Assembly: GCA_963668645.2 (NCBI GenBank) | Contig: CAXXWC010000003.1 | Span: forward strand, 320,001 to 384,000 | Reading direction: 5' to 3' | DNA length: 64,000 bases | Source of the DNA: Desulfobacterales bacterium | Lineage (GTDB): Bacteria > Desulfobacterota > Desulfobacteria > Desulfobacterales > UBA2174 | Part shown: one piece after another, positions 28,874 to 37,595 of the stretch | Layout: every line of letters starts with the position of its first letter | Position numbering within the stretch: position 1 is the stretch's first letter | Position numbers and translations under genes: made by a program | Notes under the pieces: generated by a model | The model's database searches: none | What the model saw: the letters and a program-made list of their open reading frames with translations, nothing else | What the model was told of the DNA's origin: nothing

Positions 28874-30940
28874 ATGGGTGAATGCCTCTGCCATCCCGAA
28901 AAAGAGACCGCCTACCAGTGCATGAAACACAACGTCTACCTGTGCGACGAATGCCTGAAATGTCAGGACCCGCACATCTACTGCAAGTTCCGCTCGTCCT
29001 GTCCGATCTGGTTTATGGACAAGAAGCGCTTCAAGGACGAGGAGCCCGCCACGGTCGAGGTGACGTTTTTGCCGGAGGAAAAATCGGTCACCGTGCCCAC
29101 GGGCATCACCCTTTTGGAGGCGGCCCTCCAGGCCGATGTATACATAAACGCCTCGTGCAACGGCAAAGGGGCCTGCGGCAAATGCAAGGTGATCGTGGAA
29201 CGCGGCACGGTCCACACCCAGACCACCACCTTGCTCAGTGAGCGTGAAAAGGCGCGCAATTACGTCCTGGCATGCCTTTCCACGGTCACCGAACCGGTGA
29301 CGGTGAGAATTCCCGAAGAGGCCCTGGAGCGCAAGCTCAAGGTCGCCGGGATGGGTGAAGCGGTCACGGACCGGCTTCAGGGCAAGGTGGCCCGGATCAC
29401 CCCGATGATCGAGGAGGTCGCTCTGGAGCTGGCCGAACCGACCCTCGACGATCCGGTCAGCGACCTGGACCGGTTGTACCGCGGCCTGCGCAAGGCCGGA
29501 GTCGACACCGGCCGGATGAGCGTGGGCCTCAAAGTCATGCGCGAGCTGGCGGCGGCCATGCGCGACGAGAACTGGCGGGTGACCGCCTCGATTCTGCACC
29601 GGCGGTACTCGGATCAGCTCGTGGAGGTATCGCCCGGCAACGGCGCCAGCCCCCTGCTCGGTCTGGCCATCGATGTGGGCACGACCACCATCGTGATCTA
29701 TCTGGTGGACATGCAAGACGGCCGCGTTCTGGCGGCCACCAGCGGCCACAACCGCCAGGCCGCCTGCGGCGACGACGTGATCAACCGTATCGTCTGTGCG
29801 GAGAAAGACGGGGTCGCCAAACTCAGCCGCATGGCCCTGGCCACCATCAACGCCCTGATCGGCGAAGCGGTGGACGCGGCCGGTGTAAAGCGCGAAAGAA
29901 TCAAGAACATCGCCATCGCCGGCAACACGACCATGATCCACCTGCTGTTGGGCATCGAGCCGCGCTATATCCGCCGCGAACCCTACCTGCCGACGGTCTC
30001 GGACTTTCCCACCCTCAAGGCCGGTGAAATCGGCCTCAAGGCTGACCCGATGGCCGGCGTCTTCATCCTGCCCGGTCCGGCCAGCTATGTGGGCGGCGAT
30101 ATCGTCAGCGGCATGATCTACACCGGTTTGCACCGGGAGGCGCCCATGACGCTGTTTATCGACATCGGCACCAACGGCGAGATCGTGCTGGGCAACAACG
30201 AATTGCTCATGACGGCCTCGTGCAGCGCCGGACCGGCCTTCGAGGGCGGCGGGGTGCGCTGGGGCATGCGCGCCGAGGAAGGGGCCATCGAGAAGGTCGG
30301 CATTGATCCGGCCACCAAGGTTCCGACCTGGGAAACCATCGGCGGCCTGGCGCCGCGGGGAATCTGCGGCTCGGGGATGATCGACCTGATCAGTGAACTG
30401 CTGATCACCGGCGTGATCGACCCGCGCGGCAAGTTTCAACTCGCCGATGATCATCCTCGCCTCAAGCCCCAGGACGGGGTGCCGGCCTACGTGGTGGCCA
30501 CGGCCGATGAGACGGCCATGGGTGAGGATCTGCTTTTTTCCGAAACCGACATCCACAGCATTATTTTGAGCAAGGCGGCGGTTTACGCCGGCTTCACGAC
30601 CCTGCTCGATCAGGCCGGAATGGACTTTGCCATGGTCGACCGGGTCTGGATCACCGGAGGTTTCGGCCAGTACCTGAACTTCGAGCGGGCCATCAGCATC
30701 GGCCTGTTGCCGGATATCGACCGTGACAAGTTCGCCTATCTGGGCAACTCGTCGGTGGCCGGCGCCTACATGGCGCTGCTTTCGGCCGAACTGCGGGCCG
30801 AGGCCCGCCAGGTCTCCAACTCCATGACCTACATCGACTTTTCCAGCAACAGCCGCTTCATGGACGAGTTCACCTCGGCCCAGTTCCTGCCCCACACCGA
30901 CATGAAGGCCTTTCCCAGCGTCAAGATCGGACGGCCCTGA
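28874..30940 (+). CDS. ASKHA-domain reductive activator of corrinoid proteins (RACo/DUF4445) with [2Fe-2S] and extra N-terminal Cys/His domain
   Basis: CNGKGACGKC...LAC ferredoxin; DVGTTT, GDDVINRI, DIGTNGE, SAGPAFEG, GICGSG, GGFG. Confidence 0.92.
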   Translation: MGECLCHPEKETAYQCMKHNVYLCDECLKCQDPHIYCKFRSSCPIWFMDKKRFKDEEPATVEVTFLPEEKSVTVPTGITLLEAALQADVYINASCNGKGACGKCKVIVERGTVHTQTTTLLSEREKARNYVLACLSTVTEPVTVRIPEEALERKLKVAGMGEAVTDRLQGKVARITPMIEEVALELAEPTLDDPVSDLDRLYRGLRKAGVDTGRMSVGLKVMRELAAAMRDENWRVTASILHRRYSDQLVEVSPGNGASPLLGLAIDVGTTTIVIYLVDMQDGRVLAATSGHNRQAACGDDVINRIVCAEKDGVAKLSRMALATINALIGEAVDAAGVKRERIKNIAIAGNTTMIHLLLGIEPRYIRREPYLPTVSDFPTLKAGEIGLKADPMAGVFILPGPASYVGGDIVSGMIYTGLHREAPMTLFIDIGTNGEIVLGNNELLMTASCSAGPAFEGGGVRWGMRAEEGAIEKVGIDPATKVPTWETIGGLAPRGICGSGMIDLISELLITGVIDPRGKFQLADDHPRLKPQDGVPAYVVATADETAMGEDLLFSETDIHSIILSKAAVYAGFTTLLDQAGMDFAMVDRVWITGGFGQYLNFERAISIGLLPDIDRDKFAYLGNSSVAGAYMALLSAELRAEARQVSNSMTYIDFSSNSRFMDEFTSAQFLPHTDMKAFPSVKIGRP

Positions 30941-30966
30941 TGAAAACCGATTCCCGCCAAGCGATT

Positions 30967-31001
30967 CAGGAAGGCCGGCGCCGTGCGCGCCGGCTTTCCT
31001 G
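30967..31001. terminator. GC-rich hairpin after the RACo gene (no U-tract)
   Basis: CAGGAAGGCCGGCGC...GCGCCGGCTTTCCTG inverted repeat. Confidence 0.45.
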
Positions 31002-31272
31002 GTGGCGGCGCCTGCTGGCCTGGATCTCACGGGCAACGGCCGCTTCCGGGAGTGCTCGTTCCCAATGTCCCACCTGACGCATCAAGCATTGAGGCGGCAG
31101 GGTGCCGCCCGAAAAGAGCAGGCCGCAACCAATGTAACGCTACCTTTCGAAGCAGTAACGCATCACCCTTACCCGCCGTGCGCCCTTGCCGGCAATCCAC
31201 CATGCCCCTGAAATCTGCCATTTGCTGACGGAAACGCGTTGGCACGCCCGGCACCGGCCCCCATTACCTCCT

Positions 31273-31287
31273 TGGCACGGATCTTGT
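31273..31287 (+). promoter_or_regulatory. Sigma-54 promoter upstream of the transporter-USP gene
   Basis: TGGCAC-GGATC-TTGT (one mismatch at -12). Confidence 0.65.
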
Positions 31288-31363
31288 TAATCAATCCTGT
31301 CCAAAGACCATTTCAAAGAACTGGTGCACCGAATCGCTCAGACCCCTAACAAGGAGGGCCCCG

Positions 31364-32932
31364 ATGATGTTTCGAATCCTTTCGCTGCTGCAAAAAAATC
31401 TCGTTTGGGCCATACCCGCCGCCATGGTGGTGGGGCTGGCCTACGGCAACTTCTTCGATGCTCGTCCGCTCAAGGGCTGGATCATCCCGGTGACTTTCGT
31501 CATGGTTTACCCGATGATGGTATCCTTGAAGTTCAAGGCGATGTTCAAAGGCGGCGATGGCCGGCTTCAAGCGGCCACCCAGGCCATCAACTTCGTGCTG
31601 GTCCCGATCCTGGCCTTTTTCGTCGGCAAGCTTTTTCTCGGCGGCGGAGAAGAAAAGTACGCCCTGTGGGCGGTGGGCCTGTTTCTCATCGGCGTTCTGC
31701 CCACCTCGGGAATGACGATTTCATGGACCGGTTTTGCCCGCGGCAACAAGGAAGCGGCCATCAAGATGGTGGTTTTCGGTCTGGTCCTCGGCAGCCTGGC
31801 GGCTCCGCTGTATACCAAGGTCTTTATGGGGGCCACGGTGCAGGTCGACGTGCTCCATATGTTCCGGCAGATCGCGCTGTTTGTTTTCGTGCCGTTCTTT
31901 GCCGGCCTGGCCACCCAGGCGCTCGGACGCCGGCGTTGGGGAAACGAGGTTTGGAGCACCCGGATTCAGCCAAAATTCCCGCCCTTTTCGGCCCTTGGCG
32001 TGGTGATGATCGCCTTTGTCGCCATGGCCCTCAAGGCGCGCGGGATCATCTCCAACCCGGGCGACATCCTGCTGATCCTGGCGCCTTTGGCTGTTTTCTA
32101 CCTGGCTTCCTACATCCTGCTGACCCTGATCGGCCGTCTCTTCTTCTCCCGCGGTGATGCCGTAGCCATGGTTTTCGGGGTCGTGATGCGGGATCTGTCC
32201 ATCGCCTTGGCGATCGCCATGACCGCCTTCGGCCCCCAGGGCACCACCATCGCCCTGCTCATCGCTCTGGCCTACGTGATCCAGATCCAATCGGCCGCCT
32301 GGTATGTGCGCCTGGTGGACCGCCTCCTCGGTGGGCCGGCCCCGGTTAAAAGTGCCGGTTCCCCGGGGCCCCAGCCCCAGCGCCTCCCGGCCGGCGGGAT
32401 GTGGATGCCCCGGATTCGACGGATCCTCTATGCCACCGATCTTTCCCAGACTGCCCGCCATGCCGTGGGGTACGCCTGCACCCTGGCCGACCGTTTCCAG
32501 GCCGAGGTCACCATGCTGCACGTCATTGCGGACAAGGTGGAGGAAATTTCCGCTGGAGCCGGCATCGACATAGTGGATCGCCTGCCGCGGGGCGGGCACA
32601 GGGCCTTCAATAAAGAACAGATCGGCCATGCCGAAACTGCTTTGCAGCAGCGCGTCGCGGAGACGACCGCGGCGCTGAAGAACCGGATGCCGGTCTGCCC
32701 CCTGTCAAGCGCCAGGGTCCAGGTCGAAGTGGGTGATCCTGTGGAAGCGGTGGTGCGCGCCGCCACCGACGAAAACTTCGACTTGGTGGTCATGGGAACC
32801 CATGGTCACGGCGGGTTGGAAGGCAAGCTGCTCGGCAGCGTGGCGGCCGGTGTGGTGCGCCGCTGTCCGGTGCCCGTGATGGTGGTAAGGTTGCCGGAGG
32901 GTCATTCTTCGGCGCGACGGCTCGCGGCCTGA
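31364..32932 (+). CDS. ACR3/bile acid:sodium symporter-family transporter fused to a universal stress protein domain
   Basis: About 10 TMs with MVYPMM, QAINFVLVP, MRDLSIALAIA; C-terminal ILYATDLS...GDP...DLVVMGTHG...LGSVA..VV...PVPVMVV. Confidence 0.88.
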   Translation: MMFRILSLLQKNLVWAIPAAMVVGLAYGNFFDARPLKGWIIPVTFVMVYPMMVSLKFKAMFKGGDGRLQAATQAINFVLVPILAFFVGKLFLGGGEEKYALWAVGLFLIGVLPTSGMTISWTGFARGNKEAAIKMVVFGLVLGSLAAPLYTKVFMGATVQVDVLHMFRQIALFVFVPFFAGLATQALGRRRWGNEVWSTRIQPKFPPFSALGVVMIAFVAMALKARGIISNPGDILLILAPLAVFYLASYILLTLIGRLFFSRGDAVAMVFGVVMRDLSIALAIAMTAFGPQGTTIALLIALAYVIQIQSAAWYVRLVDRLLGGPAPVKSAGSPGPQPQRLPAGGMWMPRIRRILYATDLSQTARHAVGYACTLADRFQAEVTMLHVIADKVEEISAGAGIDIVDRLPRGGHRAFNKEQIGHAETALQQRVAETTAALKNRMPVCPLSSARVQVEVGDPVEAVVRAATDENFDLVVMGTHGHGGLEGKLLGSVAAGVVRRCPVPVMVVRLPEGHSSARRLAA

Positions 32933-32943
32933 TGGCAAAAAAA

Positions 32944-32979
32944 GTCCGGGAGGCGGCAGATTGCGCCGTTCTCCCGGAC
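32944..32979 (-). terminator. Rho-independent terminator between convergent genes
   Basis: GTCCGGGAG...CTCCCGGAC stem preceded by an A-tract on the + strand. Confidence 0.7.
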
Positions 32980-33031
32980 GATTCGGTCCTGATCATTCGC
33001 CGGCAGGATCGTTCAGCACCGGCCCATCGAA

Positions 33032-33874
33032 TCAGCCGCGCGCCACTATGGTATCGGCAATGGCGCTGAAGGCCTGGGCCACGGCCGAGTCGCTGTCGTG
33101 ATCCTGGATGCAGGCCCCGGCATCCCCGCAAAGCACCACCTTGGGATCGAAAGGCACACTGCCGAGGAAGGGAATGTCCATCTGTTTGGCCGTGCGTTCT
33201 CCCCCGCCGGCACCGAAAAGCTCGATCTTCTGGCCGCAATGTGGGCAGGCAAAGCCGCTCATGTTTTCGACAAGGCCGAAGATATCCATCTTGACCACAC
33301 GGCAGAAGTTGATCGACTTGCGCACATCGGCCAAGGCCACCTCCTGGGGGGTGGTGACGATGATCGCCTTGGCGTCAGTCACGGTCTGGGCCACGGTGAG
33401 GGGCTCATCACCGGTGCCCGGGGGAGAATCGATGATCAGGTAATCCAGGTCGCCCCACTCCACGTCGGCGATGAACTGGCGGATGGCCGAATACTTGATC
33501 GGGCCGCGCCAGATGATGGCGTCGTCCTTGTCCGGCGTCAGGGCCTCGATGCTCACGGCCTTGAGGTTATCGTTATACTTGAGCGGGTTGAGCTTACGAT
33601 TGGCGCTGACGTCGTGCATCCCTTTGAGTCCGAGCATGCGGGGCACATCCGGGCCGTGCAGGTCCACATCCATCAGCCCCACCTGAAGCCCTTTTTTGGC
33701 CAATGCCACGGCCAGGTTGACAGAGGTACTGGTCTTGCCGACCCCACCCTTGCCGCTCATGACGATCAGCTTATGCTTGATCTGGCCCAGAGCACTCTGC
33801 ATGGCTGCATCCTGCTCGGCCTGTTGTTGACGCTGCTTGTCCTGGGGGCTCATGCTTTCTTGAATCTGTACCAT
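33032..33874 (-). CDS. Mrp/NBP35 (ApbC) iron-sulfur cluster carrier ATPase
   Basis: SGKGGVGKT, DVDLHGP, IWRGP, DSPPGTGD, ENMSGFACPHC. Confidence 0.95.
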   Translation of the reverse strand: MVQIQESMSPQDKQRQQQAEQDAAMQSALGQIKHKLIVMSGKGGVGKTSTSVNLAVALAKKGLQVGLMDVDLHGPDVPRMLGLKGMHDVSANRKLNPLKYNDNLKAVSIEALTPDKDDAIIWRGPIKYSAIRQFIADVEWGDLDYLIIDSPPGTGDEPLTVAQTVTDAKAIIVTTPQEVALADVRKSINFCRVVKMDIFGLVENMSGFACPHCGQKIELFGAGGGERTAKQMDIPFLGSVPFDPKVVLCGDAGACIQDHDSDSAVAQAFSAIADTIVARG

Positions 33875-33925
33875 GATATTTGACTCCTCTGCTTGTGCGT
33901 GTCGGTATGAGGCGATAGACGATTT

Positions 33926-34378
33926 TCAAACAGGCGGGCCGGTATCCTTCGGCACGTCTCCAGCTGAGCGACTCGACCGGAAGAAGTTTTGCCCGCCACA
34001 CTCTGGGCAGGTCTCGGGACGCCCCGTACCGGCAGGCTCTTCCCACCAATGGCCGCAATCGGTGCAATGAAAATGACGGGTGTCGGCCACCATCCGATAG
34101 TTGCCCCCCTCGACACGAATGGCTTTGCCGCTGATCAGGGCATCGGCCACGATGCGGCGGGCCCGTTGAATAATCCTCCCGAAGGTGGCTCGTGAGACCC
34201 CCATGAGGGCTCCGGCTTCCGCGTGGGAATGCCCGAGCATGTCGGCCAAACGGATCGCTTCGCGCTCGTCAACCGTCAATCTGATTTCGCTAAGCTCGAT
34301 CATGGGGATTCCGCGAGGTTTGAAATAGCTGACCTCCGGCTTAAAAGAGACCAAGCGGTTCTTGCGGGGGCGTACCAT
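33926..34378 (-). CDS. DUF134-family DNA-binding protein with C-terminal Zn ribbon
   Basis: MVRPRK, FKPRG, DEREAIRLAD, MGVSRATFGRI, IRVEGG, CTDC..CPEC. Confidence 0.9.
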   Translation of the reverse strand: MVRPRKNRLVSFKPEVSYFKPRGIPMIELSEIRLTVDEREAIRLADMLGHSHAEAGALMGVSRATFGRIIQRARRIVADALISGKAIRVEGGNYRMVADTRHFHCTDCGHWWEEPAGTGRPETCPECGGQNFFRSSRSAGDVPKDTGPPV

Positions 34379-34415
34379 GACCCTCCTTTATGAGTATATG
34401 CCCAAATTAAAGAGG

Positions 34416-34444
34416 ACTTTAGTGACTGGCACCCCCCTTGTCAA
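34416..34444 (-). promoter_or_regulatory. Sigma-70 promoter of DUF134-Mrp
   Basis: TTGACA-N17-TAAAGT on the minus strand. Confidence 0.65.
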
Positions 34445-34690
34445 GACGCCGGCATCAATGACCGCAATTTTTTTCAAATCTTCCGATTTTTCCTGCGGCA
34501 GGCATAGAAGCGGGCCGGAGCCAGAAAACCTCCGGGATCAAAAGGGGATGGAGGCACCTGTCAGCCTGTAGGGATACAGTCATCAGCCCGCCGGCTGAAG
34601 CGCAGCCGATTTCGAAAAGTCCCGCTTGGGCGTATATGGGCACTCTTAAAAAGACCGTAGCACCGTTCGGCGGCCCGGGACATCGTCTCG

Positions 34691-35065
34691 TCACAGGCCG
34701 CTATCCGTCAAGCCGGCCCCAAAAAGACGTTGAAGCATGTCGACCTTGTCCGCCAGTGCAACGGCCGTCTCGTCTTTGGTGCTGATAGCTTCGATCGTCA
34801 TGCCCATACGGTAAAGCGGCAGCCCCTCCGACTCGGCCTCAACGCACCAGACCACTATACCCTGGAGCGTAAATCGTTCGTGGCCGGCGTCATCACTGGA
34901 GATGGCCACTCTTATCCCAGGCATGATTGCCTGGCGAGCCTCGAATCCCACCCCCCCCTCGCCGATATTGAGGATAACCAAAGTGGGATGCTCTCCAGAA
35001 CGCTTCAGTCGGCCTTCCAGGCGCAAAGGATAACGAGGATATCTACGTCGCTCCGATTCGGTCAT
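34691..35065 (-). CDS. PilZ-domain protein
   Basis: ERRRYPR, NIGEGG, GIVVW, YRMG motifs; alternative start 35095. Confidence 0.75.
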   Translation of the reverse strand: MTESERRRYPRYPLRLEGRLKRSGEHPTLVILNIGEGGVGFEARQAIMPGIRVAISSDDAGHERFTLQGIVVWCVEAESEGLPLYRMGMTIEAISTKDETAVALADKVDMLQRLFGAGLTDSGL

Positions 35066-35224
35066 GGCGATTGGCCCCCCTGGACCGCTTTCCATCCGAT
35101 ATATGCTACCGCCGGCTCGATTTGTCAGGGACCGACCAATCCCCGGACCGCTATAGTCGAATTGAGCTTCTTATGTCAAACGCCAATAAGCTTCTGCTGC
35201 CACCGTTGAATGCCATGGCTGCCC

Positions 35225-36049
35225 TCAAAGCGGTGCGTCCAGGACCCGGTTAAGGCTGCCGGGTATATATCCTTCGAGATCCAGCGTTACAAAAACAAAA
35301 CCCAACCGCTTGATTACGGAAACCAATCCATGGCGGACCTCGTCCTCCAGGATGGCCGTATAGTGCGCCGGGGCCACCTCGATGCGGGCCGTATCGCCAT
35401 GGTGGCGCACCCGCCCGCCTTGAATCCCCAAGCGTGCCAGTTCAGCCTCGGCTGCGGCGACCTGATCGATTCGCTGCCGATCGATGGTCAGCCCGTAGGC
35501 GATACGCGAAGCCAAACAAGCCTGGGCCGGCCTTTGCCAGGTCTCCAGCCCCATGTCTCTCGATAGGCGGCGGATCTCATCCTTGCCCAGTCCGACCTCC
35601 ACCAAAGGGGCCAGGATCCCCATCTCGTCGGCTGCGCGTTGGCCGGGGCGGTAATCCGAAGCGTCATCCACCGTGGCCCCATGGGCGATGTGTACTAGCC
35701 CATGCTCGCCGGCAAGAGCGCGCAGACGCGAAAAAAGTGCGCGCTTGCATACATAACAACGATCCGCACCGTTGCGGGTGAACGCCGGATCGGACAATTC
35801 ATCCGTATCCAGGCACAGGTGCCGTACTCCAAGCCTTGCTGCAAAGCCACGGGCATCGGCAATTTCGCGGGACGGATGAATCGTCGAAACGGAGGTAGCG
35901 GCAACGAGATCCACGCCCAGAACACGATGGGCTTGAGCCAGCAAAAAGGTTGAATCCACACCTCCGGAGAACGCCACCATGAGGGGCCGATGAACCGCAA
36001 ACCACTGCGCCAAGATTTCGGCTTTATTGCTGTCCGTATCCGGATCCAT
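35225..36049 (-). CDS. larE: LarE-family ATP-dependent sulfur transferase (PP-loop)
   Basis: AFSGGVDS, RCYVCK, DYRPG, ACLASR, RVRHHG, VTLDLEGY. Confidence 0.9.
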   Translation of the reverse strand: MDPDTDSNKAEILAQWFAVHRPLMVAFSGGVDSTFLLAQAHRVLGVDLVAATSVSTIHPSREIADARGFAARLGVRHLCLDTDELSDPAFTRNGADRCYVCKRALFSRLRALAGEHGLVHIAHGATVDDASDYRPGQRAADEMGILAPLVEVGLGKDEIRRLSRDMGLETWQRPAQACLASRIAYGLTIDRQRIDQVAAAEAELARLGIQGGRVRHHGDTARIEVAPAHYTAILEDEVRHGLVSVIKRLGFVFVTLDLEGYIPGSLNRVLDAPL

Positions 36050-36135
36050 CGGTAGTCCCCAACCGCTGCACCGGCCGACGGAAAAGACGGCCGCCACGGG
36101 TTGACCCGTCACGTAGCGAGAGGATATTAAAAATG

Positions 36136-36164
36136 TTTACAAAATCAGACCGGTTCGTTATAAA
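36136..36164 (+). promoter_or_regulatory. Sigma-70 promoter
   Basis: TTTACA-N17-TATAAA upstream of the CDS at 36231. Confidence 0.55.
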
Positions 36165-36230
36165 CTGTTGTGTATCCGCCATAAAATCTAATTATATGTC
36201 AACCGACCATGGATCGCAAAGGGGTTTTTC

Positions 36231-37535
36231 ATGGGCAAGGAAAGCTTGACGAAGTCCACGACCAAGAAGAAAGCTACGACCAAGAAAAAGAAAACCGGAG
36301 CGAAAAAGGCCGTTGCCGCAACAAAAGCCGCTGCTCCAAAAGCCCCGGCAAAACCGAGCCTGAAGGAATTGTTGGCCCGCAAGTACGCCACTGCCCCGGA
36401 TCAGCCACTCTACGCCCCCCCTGCTCCCGAACGCCAAACCAGACCGGGTGCCGCCTCTCCCTTCTACCAAGCCAGGGATGAAAAAGACGCCCAGCGTATA
36501 AGAGCGTTGCTGGAACAGAAATTCTCCATGGAGGAGATCCGGGCCGCCGCCGAAGCAAAGGCCAAAGCCGAAGAAGAGGCACGCATCAAGGCCGAAGCCG
36601 AGGCAAGGGAAAAAGCCGAGGAAGAAGCGCGCATCAAGGCCGAGACCGAAGCAAAGGCCAAAGCCGAGGAAGAGGCACGCATCAAGGCCGAGGCCGAAGC
36701 AAAGGCCAAAGCCGAGGAAGAGGCACGCATCAAGGCCGAGGCTGAAGCAAAGGCCAAAGCCGAGGAAGAAACGAAGAAACTCGCCGCAGAGCGGGCCGCG
36801 GCCAGAGAAGCCGCCGCCCAAAAGGAGCCCCAGGTGTCTGTGACCTACGACAAGCTAGATTCCGATAAAATCGACGCTCCGCCTCCTGCTAAAGCACCCA
36901 TAAATCGCGAACGACTCCTGGTTATCGGTCTTGCCGGCGGTCTGGCCCTGCTCTTCTTGTTGATTATCGGTGCCAGCCTGTCCAACTCAAGCAAGTACTA
37001 TCTGGCGCAGTCGACCCGGGGATTGGAGATTTGGCAGGGCAAGTTCGCCCCGCTCGGCAAATGCAAGATTCTCTCCCTGCCGGGTGTTCAGGGGCCTGAA
37101 ACCTTGCAGCCCACTTATCCCAAGGCCGAGGTCATGGGGTACGCGGTGGCCTATTATCTGGCCCAGGCCGATGCCCTTCTGGCCAGCCAGGGGCTGCCGG
37201 ATTTCGAGAGCATCAAGGCCAAGCTCAATACGGCCCTCGGTTATGCCACCAGCCGCGAGGAGCGTGAACGGATCCAACTGCGCCTGGATGGTATCGAGAA
37301 AGCGATCCTGCTTTACAGGGCTCAGGTGGCCGCCACCCAGCAAACGCTTGAAGGGCTTGATCAGGCCATCGACCACCTGCAAAAGGCCCTTCACCTGACA
37401 TCGGATCCCATTGAAGTCAAGGCCATCGAGGCCCAGATCGCCGCGGCTGAAAAGAACTATGCCGACATCGAGGCGCGCCTGGCCGAAGAGGCGGCTCAGG
37501 AAGTGGCAGCGCCGGAAGCCAAACCCGCCTCCTGA
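36231..37535 (+). CDS. Hypothetical single-pass membrane protein with Lys-rich N-terminus and Ala/Glu/Lys coiled-coil repeats
   Basis: 434-aa ORF; KKK-rich start, 16-aa repeats, one hydrophobic segment (LLVIGLAGGLALLFLLIIGA), helical C-terminus. Confidence 0.8.
   Translation: MGKESLTKSTTKKKATTKKKKTGAKKAVAATKAAAPKAPAKPSLKELLARKYATAPDQPLYAPPAPERQTRPGAASPFYQARDEKDAQRIRALLEQKFSMEEIRAAAEAKAKAEEEARIKAEAEAREKAEEEARIKAETEAKAKAEEEARIKAEAEAKAKAEEEARIKAEAEAKAKAEEETKKLAAERAAAREAAAQKEPQVSVTYDKLDSDKIDAPPPAKAPINRERLLVIGLAGGLALLFLLIIGASLSNSSKYYLAQSTRGLEIWQGKFAPLGKCKILSLPGVQGPETLQPTYPKAEVMGYAVAYYLAQADALLASQGLPDFESIKAKLNTALGYATSREERERIQLRLDGIEKAILLYRAQVAATQQTLEGLDQAIDHLQKALHLTSDPIEVKAIEAQIAAAEKNYADIEARLAEEAAQEVAAPEAKPAS
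36549..36770 (+). repeat. 48-bp coding tandem repeat (4 full copies plus a partial)
   Basis: Unit GCCGAAGCAAAGGCCAAAGCCGAGGAAGAGGCACGCATCAAGGCCGAG encodes AEAKAKAEEEARIKAE. Confidence 0.95.
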
Positions 37536-37560
37536 TCCCAGATCCGAAACAATGAAGCAA

Positions 37561-37591
37561 AAGGGGCGCCCCCGAAACGGGGGCGCCCCTT
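37561..37591. terminator. Bidirectional Rho-independent terminator
   Basis: AAGGGGCGCCCCCG-AAA-CGGGGGCGCCCCTT between convergent genes. Confidence 0.88.
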
Positions 37592-37595
37592 CAAT

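Noticed and set aside
31364..32330. Arsenic resistance operon
   Set aside because: No arsR/arsC and the ACR3 cysteine motif is absent.
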